From: Bacteroidales bacterium
GTDB taxonomy: Bacteria; Bacteroidota; Bacteroidia; Bacteroidales; UBA1715
Assembly (NCBI GenBank): GCA_017642535.1
Contig: JAGCOW010000048.1
Coordinates: 10,920-74,919 of the forward strand
Direction: 5' to 3'
DNA length: 64,000 bases
The translations under genes and the position numbers were made by a program. Shown piece by piece: positions 57,321-64,000 of this stretch. Position 1 is the stretch's first letter. The number at the start of each line of letters is the position of its first letter. The notes under the pieces were generated by a model. That model saw only the letters and a program-made list of their open reading frames with translations, had not been told where the DNA came from and searched no databases.

Positions 57321-58124
57321 CTACGTGCTTACTTGTGATGAAAGCGTTCCGCCCGAATTATTATTATGGATATTCAGAATTTCACTCGACAGTAACTTTT
57401 CTTTGCCGGGCGAAACGCTTTTTTTTATGTATTCATTAAATCTTTCCTCCTGTCGTTGATAATAGAAATCGTCAATTTCGCAACCGACGAAATCGTAGCC
57501 AAGTTTCCAAGCCGCAATACGTGAGGAACCGCTTCCCAAATGTGAATCAAACACTCTGAATCCACGTGGGTTTTCGGGTCTGCCGTAATTGTTCAGTAAC
57601 CATTCGTACAGTTCAATTGGTTTCTGATGCGGGTGTATCTTCTTTTTACCACGCTCTCTGCCCATACGGTATCCGTCCCATTCTATGCTTACGAAATTGC
57701 ACGGAATGTGGATGTCGGTGTAGGCGATTTCGCATTTTGAGTAGTGGAATACCTTATTACTACTTGATTGTTTGTCCCAAACAATCAAGTAGTTGGTATT
57801 TCCGAGGTATTGTGTGATATAATTGTAGCCCCATATTATCTGGTGCTTCGACACACGTTTGAGTTCGTCGAAGTATTCCTGTGTCGGCGTTTGTTCGTTT
57901 TGGTACGATGTTTCTTGGAAAACAGCACCCTTATTGCGTTTTTTCCAGTCTTTGCCGATTCCGTATGGTGGGTCGCATATAGCCAAATCAAACTCGTTGT
58001 CGGCACAGTTACGCATAAAATCAACGCAGTCGCCCCAGTACACATTGCTAATCTGACCTTGTTCATCCAATGGCTGAACCAATGTGGAGAATATCGTTTC
58101 TTGTTTTATATCACTTACTACCAT
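57321..58124 (-). CDS. N6/N4 DNA methyltransferase (beta class)
   Basis: DPPY, IVWDK, HPHQKP, DSHLGSGS motifs. Confidence 0.9.
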   Translation of the reverse strand: MVVSDIKQETIFSTLVQPLDEQGQISNVYWGDCVDFMRNCADNEFDLAICDPPYGIGKDWKKRNKGAVFQETSYQNEQTPTQEYFDELKRVSKHQIIWGYNYITQYLGNTNYLIVWDKQSSSNKVFHYSKCEIAYTDIHIPCNFVSIEWDGYRMGRERGKKKIHPHQKPIELYEWLLNNYGRPENPRGFRVFDSHLGSGSSRIAAWKLGYDFVGCEIDDFYYQRQEERFNEYIKKSVSPGKEKLLSSEILNIHNNNSGGTLSSQVST

Positions 58125-58126
58125 AA

Positions 58127-58522
58127 CTACACCGTTAATTTTTTTATAGTTTCAACAATTGATACTGGAAGCACATTTACCGAAAGCATTACTTTCGTCA
58201 CGGGACTTTCAAGCATGTCGCTGAATTGTCGGTACAGCTGCGGTCGGTACTCCTTCATCCAATCAAAGAGCATTTGTATCAACGCCGACAGTTCGCCGTT
58301 GGATATTTGCTCGTCGGTGCGACCGCTCTCGATTATGAGTTTCCGAAGCCGTTGCTGGTATTCCTGCATCATAGACTTGAACTCACGGTCGTCGCCGTTG
58401 TTGTGGTCGGGGTGCAATTTGAACGATAGCCGCCTGTACTCCTTTTTAAGTTCCTGTGCCGTTGTAATGTTGTCGAAATACATAATCAAGTTATTTTTTG
58501 AGCGGATAGCCGCATATTTCAC
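58127..58522 (-). CDS. J-domain protein
   Basis: ELKKEYRRLSFKLHPD...F......Y. Confidence 0.8.
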   Translation of the reverse strand: MKYAAIRSKNNLIMYFDNITTAQELKKEYRRLSFKLHPDHNNGDDREFKSMMQEYQQRLRKLIIESGRTDEQISNGELSALIQMLFDWMKEYRPQLYRQFSDMLESPVTKVMLSVNVLPVSIVETIKKLTV

Positions 58523-58718
58523 AAATTATCTGCACCTGCCGTTGCGTGAGGGTTTGGTCGGTTGTTTTGTATCCAGTAGCTTCAAGCTGTTTCATAACAA
58601 CTCTATTGCGGTGCACACGTGTACGGAACATATACTTGCTCCATTTCATCTTGTCGCAGAACTGCTGCTTGCCTATTGTGCCGAGTTTCTCGAATTCCCA
58701 AACTTCCTCTGTGTCCAT
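58491..58718 (-). CDS. DUF4248-like small DNA-binding protein
   Basis: L.ATGY.....LT.RQV.II....G.P pattern. Confidence 0.65.
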   Translation of the reverse strand: MDTEEVWEFEKLGTIGKQQFCDKMKWSKYMFRTRVHRNRVVMKQLEATGYKTTDQTLTQRQVQIICEICGYPLKK

Positions 58719-58730
58719 AGTGCTTTGTTT

Positions 58731-59159
58731 TTATTGGTTATTGTCCTGTGCCTGTGGTTCCTCGAACTGAATCGTGAACGTATATCCGCATTCAGTGCAG
58801 TAAAAAGTGTTTTCACGGTCAACTACGGAAGCCAGTCGGCTTTGGTGCGTGCGAGGATAGTGGCGTTTTACCTGCTGTGCTATAATTTCACGATCCTTAT
58901 CGTTGAGAACACACTTGTCAATATTGTGTTCTATATAGTATTTCAAATGAGGGCGTGGTTTTTTCACATACTTGTACAGCTCTTTGAGCTTGTCCTGTTT
59001 CATTTTTTGCTCGTATATGAACTGGAAGCTCATTCCTTTGAGCGAACAACCGCACTTTGGGCAGTCGCCGTAAAAAAGGTTGTTGATTGCCCTGTCGAGC
59101 GATTTTGTAGATTTCTTTGCCATACTATTACAGTGTTTTAGTTTTATAAATTTTTGCAT
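58731..59159 (-). CDS. Zinc-ribbon protein
   Basis: CPKC and CTEC pairs. Confidence 0.55.
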   Translation of the reverse strand: MQKFIKLKHCNSMAKKSTKSLDRAINNLFYGDCPKCGCSLKGMSFQFIYEQKMKQDKLKELYKYVKKPRPHLKYYIEHNIDKCVLNDKDREIIAQQVKRHYPRTHQSRLASVVDRENTFYCTECGYTFTIQFEEPQAQDNNQ

Positions 59160-59493
59160 TCTTTGTGCTTACGTATTTATAACCTTCGTTAGGCGATTCC
59201 GACACTGCGACCTGCTTACTCGGTTCTTCGTCGTCAACTTCTACGGAAGGTTGGTCTTGTTCGTCACAAAGCGTTCCGAAGCGTTTAGCGTTTTGGAACA
59301 TCCAACGCTCAACCTCGTCTTTCACGTAGAATGTGGTTCCGAAAACCACAATACTGGGCAGACCTTTGCGTATCAACTTGTTGATTATGTTGTCGCCCAC
59401 GCCGCCCAAGAACGATGACAAACCAGCCTTTCCGTTGATGAATCGTGATTCAACGTTTCGTTTGTTAGCTATTCCTGTAATTGAATTTGCCAT
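59128..59493 (-). CDS. Excisionase-like (HTH_17/AlpA-type) protein
   Basis: L..FLGG....I.KLIRKGLP.....TFY.KDEVERW pattern. Confidence 0.55.
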   Translation of the reverse strand: MANSITGIANKRNVESRFINGKAGLSSFLGGVGDNIINKLIRKGLPSIVVFGTTFYVKDEVERWMFQNAKRFGTLCDEQDQPSVEVDDEEPSKQVAVSESPNEGYKYVSTKNAKIYKTKTL

Positions 59494-59504
59494 ATTGTGA
59501 GAAT

Positions 59505-59921
59505 TTAGTTGTTACTGTTGTCTGTTAGTTTTATATACACGTTGCCGAAGACTGTTTCGGTGTCGTAGTAGCCGTAGTGTTGGTATATGTATTGCTGCAG
59601 TTCGCTCATCTGCCTTGCGTCGATGTCGAGTAGGGTTAATTTTATACCACCGTCGTCCTCGATTTCGGCACCGCCAGCAATACGGTTGATATTGAAGTAG
59701 AGAATAAGGTCACGCACGGTGTTTTCGGGTGTCTTTGGCGTGTGTACGCTGTACATAGTCTTTACGAGCGAAAAATCAACCACACATCCGCACTTTTCGG
59801 CGAGATACTCGTTGATTTGGTCGGTGGCTTGGTCGTACTCAACACGTCCGGGCATTGTAATATTGTACACCGCTCCTGTGAGCCTGTTTGCAACCGTGAA
59901 TGTCGTTCTCAATGTTTCCAT
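59505..59921 (-). CDS. Hypothetical protein
   Basis: First gene after the leftward promoter. Confidence 0.55.
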   Translation of the reverse strand: METLRTTFTVANRLTGAVYNITMPGRVEYDQATDQINEYLAEKCGCVVDFSLVKTMYSVHTPKTPENTVRDLILYFNINRIAGGAEIEDDGGIKLTLLDIDARQMSELQQYIYQHYGYYDTETVFGNVYIKLTDNSNN

Positions 59922-59971
59922 TTTTATCTAATTTTCAGTCAAAAATTTAGTTTTTACAAATTTAATTTTAT

Positions 59972-59980
59972 GCAAATATA
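59972..59980 (-). promoter_or_regulatory. -7 box (TATATTTGC) of a leftward promoter, divergent from the XRE gene
   Basis: TAnnTTTG consensus in an AT-rich divergent intergenic region. Confidence 0.55.
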
Positions 59981-60101
59981 GTTATTACTAAATATAAGTC
60001 AATAGTTTTTTGAAAAATTATTTACATATACCTTAATTTTGCCTGTAATTATTTTGTATCTACAATATATTTTTGTACATTTACGGCAAATATTATAGAG
60101 A

Positions 60102-60353
60102 ATGTTACGTGTAAAAGAGATATTGAAAGCACGAGGTATGACCGCAAAACAACTTGCTCCACTAATTGGGATCACAGAGGGTGCTTTGTCATTGCAAATA
60201 AAAGATGGTGCGAATCCACGTCTCGATAGTCTTGAAAAGATTGCCAATGCGTTAGGTGTCCGTACATCTGAACTGCTTGACGAACCACAGGCACTCAACG
60301 GCACGGTTACCTGTCCGCATTGCGGAAAGCCAATCGAGTTGTGCGTTAAGTAA
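60102..60353 (+). CDS. XRE HTH regulator with C-terminal Zn ribbon
   Basis: RVKEILK.RGMT..QLA..IG...NP.LDSLEKIANALGV; CPHCGK. Confidence 0.9.
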   Translation: MLRVKEILKARGMTAKQLAPLIGITEGALSLQIKDGANPRLDSLEKIANALGVRTSELLDEPQALNGTVTCPHCGKPIELCVK

Positions 60354-60471
60354 AAAGTTCTACCACTCGCATCCCACAATCTTGTTGGACGATTATATGC
60401 AGTTAGGAAGCCGTCGGCTCCTGCAACTTTAACCGTCCTCATATTCCAAAGCCTTGTCCGTAGAACTTTAT

Positions 60472-60705
60472 TCATTTTCCCTGTTTTTCTAATAATTCAA
60501 TAATCTTGTCGAGCTTCTTAATAAGCAAGCTGTATTCCAAACTGCTTTTGGCGTTGTATGAATCGAACGCCTTTGTCACAACCGCTCCCACGATTGCCGC
60601 CGCTGCAAATATGGCTATTGTTATAGTTAACACTTTCATATCCGTATGTCTATCATAGTTATTAGTCTTTAATTTATAGTGGCGGAGCCACCGCACGGCT
60701 CTCAA
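60472..60705 (-). CDS. Small TM protein
   Basis: Hydrophobic helix; true start probably MKVLT. Confidence 0.45.
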   Translation of the reverse strand: MRAVRWLRHYKLKTNNYDRHTDMKVLTITIAIFAAAAIVGAVVTKAFDSYNAKSSLEYSLLIKKLDKIIELLEKQGK

Positions 60706-61181
60706 ACAATGCGGTGTACTCTACGCTCTCCGTCACATATTTTGTTATTAGTTACAGTTTCAAGGAATTGTTTATGTTCGTCGCATAGTTCCTTGTCCTT
60801 TGCAACGAATTGCACTATTGCGTTCCATTGTTCGTCGGAAAGGATTACTATATTTTTCATCTCGCCAATGTACTTGTGATTAAGACCTTTTGAGTAATAT
60901 TCAATATAACCCTGTGGCGTGATTGAGTAGCAAACTCCTTTGAATGCTATGTGGTTGTCGTTTCCCCAATTTGATTTCTTGATGTCGATAACGTCAATAA
61001 AATCGTAAGAATTGTAACGGTCACGTGGAAGTATGCAAATTTTCTTGCCTACAAACTCTTTGCGTGACGTCTTTAATAAGTCTTTTATGAGTTCGATTTC
61101 TTTTTTTGAATTCTGATGCTGGATTTTAAGCAACTCTTTTGTCTTTTTTGTTAATTCTTGTAATTCCATATTGTTAATCAT
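60702..61181 (-). CDS. Hypothetical protein
   Basis: 159-aa ORF; architecture (coil, VGK.I, beta core, IL...W/F..I, coil) resembles 62060-62593. Confidence 0.55.
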   Translation of the reverse strand: MINNMELQELTKKTKELLKIQHQNSKKEIELIKDLLKTSRKEFVGKKICILPRDRYNSYDFIDVIDIKKSNWGNDNHIAFKGVCYSITPQGYIEYYSKGLNHKYIGEMKNIVILSDEQWNAIVQFVAKDKELCDEHKQFLETVTNNKICDGERRVHRIV

Positions 61182-61286
61182 TTTTATTAAAAACGAGAGA
61201 GCACGCTGTTGCGAATATGCTTACTTGGTTCGGAGGTGGTGTGAACCAATCCACTTATCATCTTTCTGCCGTGCTCTCTCATAGGT

Positions 61287-61502
61287 TTATTCATTTTCTT
61301 GTTGTTCGTTTTCGGTATGTTCGCCGTCGGTCTGAACTTCGTGCTCCAAATGCGTCATAGCATCTTTTATAGTGTTGAACATTTGATATGCCTCCTGTTC
61401 TTTTTTCGCTTTCAATGAAAGTAAATACGAATCCAAAACCGATTTTACTATGTAAATCGTCAGTGCGATTCCTGCGAGTGATTGTAATAGTTCCGTTGTC
61501 AT
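61287..61502 (-). CDS. Small TM protein
   Basis: N-terminal hydrophobic helix. Confidence 0.5.
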   Translation of the reverse strand: MTTELLQSLAGIALTIYIVKSVLDSYLLSLKAKKEQEAYQMFNTIKDAMTHLEHEVQTDGEHTENEQQENE

Positions 61503-61506
61503 AGGT

Positions 61507-62055
61507 TTATATTTTTGCTAATTGAAGTCCGTATAGTAGAGTTTTGAATGTGTATGATTCTTCAACAGGTTTAGAAAGATAAATCTCGCAATCAATTTCG
61601 ACGTAAGGATGAAGAAGACGAGGTATTGCAAAGTGGTATATCTCCATTGCATTTCGGAATATCTCGAATGGAACTCTTTGCAAGACGATTAAGTCGCCAA
61701 ATTTTATAGATAGTTCTCCTTCGAACGGGCAGTTACTCGTTACATTGCGATAAGTGTAATAACTGTTTCTTTTACTTTCACGACATAGAAGAGATACTCC
61801 AGTTAAAAGAAAGTGGCTATTTATTTCTACGGTTGCAAAATTCAAATTCGATTCTCCAACTTTTTTTACGATATTGGTGTCGCATACTTTTAATGTCGTG
61901 CGGAAAGTACTTGTTCCTTTTGGAGTCTCAATTGACGAATACTTACAGGTGTCAATCAAACCCAATTGCCCATCATCAATGTATTTTTTTACTTCATCGG
62001 GAAGTTGTTTGAGGAAAAATTCCTCTAATTCTTTTTGTGAATATGGTATAATCAT
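61507..62055 (-). CDS. Divergent paralogue of the putative capsid protein at 46649-47239
   Basis: KKVGESNLN vs KKVGVTNVN; GELSIKFGD vs GEIELKQGD; EIFR vs EAFR; KTLLYGL vs KCVFYGV. Confidence 0.75.
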   Translation of the reverse strand: MIIPYSQKELEEFFLKQLPDEVKKYIDDGQLGLIDTCKYSSIETPKGTSTFRTTLKVCDTNIVKKVGESNLNFATVEINSHFLLTGVSLLCRESKRNSYYTYRNVTSNCPFEGELSIKFGDLIVLQRVPFEIFRNAMEIYHFAIPRLLHPYVEIDCEIYLSKPVEESYTFKTLLYGLQLAKI

Positions 62056-62059
62056 ATCT

Positions 62060-62593
62060 CTATTTTTTTATTTTAATTTGATTTGATAATTTCTTGATTA
62101 TTGTGTTAATACCCTTTTTACACTCTGATTTATATTGCTCCTCAATTTTAGTTCGTGAAAGCTCAATTTCTTTGTTCAGTTTCGTTCTCGTATTGACCAA
62201 ATTTTTCATTATGCTTCTAATTGCTTCGAAATCTGGTTTATCTAAAACGACATATAGTTTACTCTTAAAATCAATATCAACATAAGTAGCGGTATGTTCG
62301 TAATCTTCCACCATATTGTCGGATAAACGATATATTTCTCCAATTTTTGAGGATGGCAAAGTCTGTTTCTTACCGTTAAAAGATTTCGGGCAGAAAAATA
62401 TTTCAACACGAACGTGTATTCTGTTGTCGTTTAAAACATACTGATCATAGGATAATACATACTTACCTGCCAAATCCTTACATTGTTCAGCGTAAATTTG
62501 TTTCTCTATCTCAGATATTTCCCTCCGTATTTTCTGGGCGGTCTTTTCTAAAGAGAGTTTTTGCTCACATAGTTGTTTTATTAACTTTTTCAT
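62060..62593 (-). CDS. Hypothetical protein
   Basis: 177-aa ORF with terminal coiled coils. Confidence 0.55.
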   Translation of the reverse strand: MKKLIKQLCEQKLSLEKTAQKIRREISEIEKQIYAEQCKDLAGKYVLSYDQYVLNDNRIHVRVEIFFCPKSFNGKKQTLPSSKIGEIYRLSDNMVEDYEHTATYVDIDFKSKLYVVLDKPDFEAIRSIMKNLVNTRTKLNKEIELSRTKIEEQYKSECKKGINTIIKKLSNQIKIKK

Positions 62594-62598
62594 ATCAA

Positions 62599-63024
62599 TT
62601 ACATTTCTTTTATTCTGTCAATTTCTAATTGTTTGAGTTCTTCAATACTTGGGGCTACAAGTGTTGCGTAGGATATTATGTTTTTACCTCCAACTGCTTC
62701 TACGATAACGTAACATGAAGATGATTTTCCGATTAAAATACCGTCTATTATGGTATTTTTGTCGATTCCGAAACAATGCCTGTAGGCATTCTTAGTAAAC
62801 ATAGGGTCGTTGTAGTAGCCTATCAGTTGATTTATGACGGCATAATATTCATCTCTTTTCTTTTCGTCGTATTCTTTCGGTGGAATTGTATCTATCGATT
62901 CTTGCAACTGAATGATGCAATCATCTGATTGCATTGAATCAAGGCATCTGCGACTTTTTAGAAATTTAGAGAATAGTACTTCCGTAGCCGTTTTACTTTG
63001 AATTTTAGGTATTAGTCCTTCCAT
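62599..63024 (-). CDS. Hypothetical protein
   Basis: Likely start MEGLIP at 63024. Confidence 0.55.
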   Translation of the reverse strand: MEGLIPKIQSKTATEVLFSKFLKSRRCLDSMQSDDCIIQLQESIDTIPPKEYDEKKRDEYYAVINQLIGYYNDPMFTKNAYRHCFGIDKNTIIDGILIGKSSSCYVIVEAVGGKNIISYATLVAPSIEELKQLEIDRIKEM

Positions 63025-63283
63025 AACCGTTTTACAATAAAAAAGACAAAGGGACGTTGCAGAATGAATGAAAAGAAACATCTGCCCGGAGTTGTGCAAA
63101 CGATTCCACGCCCCTTTTGTCGTTGTTAGTACTTGTTGTTTCTATAGGATAATTCGTTTTCATTTTTTGAATCATTTGCGAGGGTAAAATTATCACAATT
63201 CTGTGATATATCAAACGCAAATTGTGATATTTTTCTAAAAAAAAACACAACTTAATGAATATCAACAACTTAAATTTATTATT

Positions 63284-63601
63284 ATGATGGACATTCAAAA
63301 AAACATTGAGGAAATTCGCAAAAACAAAGGAATCAAGCAATCCGTTGTAGCGGACAAATTAGGAATAAGCCAGTCGGCATATTCAAATTACATATCACGT
63401 AACAGTGATATGAAATTTAGTTTATTGGAAAAAATCGCCGATGCAATAGGCGAGCCAGTCGTGAACATTGTGACATACCCCGACGTGTACATAAAGAACA
63501 CGGAACGCAAAACGGTCTGTCTCGAATGTATAGAGAAAGATAAGACAATTCAGCATCTTAACCAATATATTGAGATACTGGAGAAAAAGATAAAAAAGTG
63601 A
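63284..63601 (+). CDS. XRE HTH repressor (CI-like)
   Basis: IEEIRKNKGIKQSVVADKLGISQSAYS...LEKIADAIG; C-terminal coil. Confidence 0.88.
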   Translation: MMDIQKNIEEIRKNKGIKQSVVADKLGISQSAYSNYISRNSDMKFSLLEKIADAIGEPVVNIVTYPDVYIKNTERKTVCLECIEKDKTIQHLNQYIEILEKKIKK

Positions 63602-63605
63602 AACA

Positions 63606-64000
63606 ATGAAGATTTGGAAACAGATAGTTATATCAATTGCAGTACCGCTTGTTGTTGCACTGCTGATACTTCTAACACAACAGTTTTTTGATACAAAATT
63701 GGAAATTAACGACACGGTTCTGCTGTTTGTCGGTATTCTTGCTACATTCATTGTTGTTGGGAATTATGCACAGGTTGTAAAAATAAAGGATGAGATGCAA
63801 GAGGAATTGCAAAGAGTTACTACAGAAAGAACTGATAAATTTTTTGAGAAGTCACTAAAAACAAAAATAACAGGGACAGAAAGTATTGCACAGTCATATT
63901 ATATAATGGCAATGTCAACCAATGATTTGTTTACTAAACTAAAATTTTTTGAGAAGGCGTCCTCAAGTTGTTTGGATTCCGAGAAAGAACTAAAAGCAAA
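63606..64000 (+). CDS. Two-TM membrane protein (partial)
   Basis: Hand-translated MKIWKQIVISIAVPLVVALLIL...VGILATFIVVGNYAQV; open to the window end. Confidence 0.6.
   Translation, partial: MKIWKQIVISIAVPLVVALLILLTQQFFDTKLEINDTVLLFVGILATFIVVGNYAQVVKIKDEMQEELQRVTTERTDKFFEKSLKTKITGTESIAQSYYIMAMSTNDLFTKLKFFEKASSSCLDSEKELKA

Larger units (their letters stand above)
26039..64000. mobile_element. Integrated provirus-like element (>38 kb, right end outside the window), probably tailless
   Basis: tRNA att fragment; switch to uniform minus-strand genes; endolysin, replication initiator, XRE regulators, methylases, HNH and a DGR. Confidence 0.88.

Noticed and set aside
57768-59141. 457-aa plus-strand ORF
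   Set aside because: Antisense shadow of four motif-bearing minus-strand genes; no recognisable domain

Overview
Bacteroidales-type chromosome (T9SS/SprB genes, TAnnTTTG promoters). Bases 1-25.5 kb are ordinary host genes: serS, ALDH, SDR, DUF819, GH8, mnmD, fabI, lysC, lptB, SprB-like adhesin plus PorP, trpB2. At 25995-26038 lies only the 3' half of tRNA-Lys(CTT), an att site. From there to the window end (>38 kb) is an integrated virus-like element. Its late operon (26171-52195, all minus strand) has an endolysin, a holin-like gene, many small membrane proteins, several beta-rich jelly-roll-like paralogues, a transglutaminase-fold protease and polyvalent methylase/helicase cargo. I recognise no terminase, portal, HK97 capsid or tape measure, so I infer a tailless, possibly membrane-containing virus. 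Inside it is a diversity-generating retroelement: RT at 36349-37644, TR at 37748-37840 and VR at 39706-39801. Every TR/VR substitution is at a TR adenine. Unusually, the VR is internal (residues 108-139 of a 628-aa protein), it differs from TR by one codon in the AAC tract, and there is no recognisable avd. Other oddities: a second capsid-like paralogue in the early region, a shared C-terminal tag on two cargo proteins, and a 10-bp phased repeat array at the late promoter. All protein calls are by-eye motif recognition; no searches were run.
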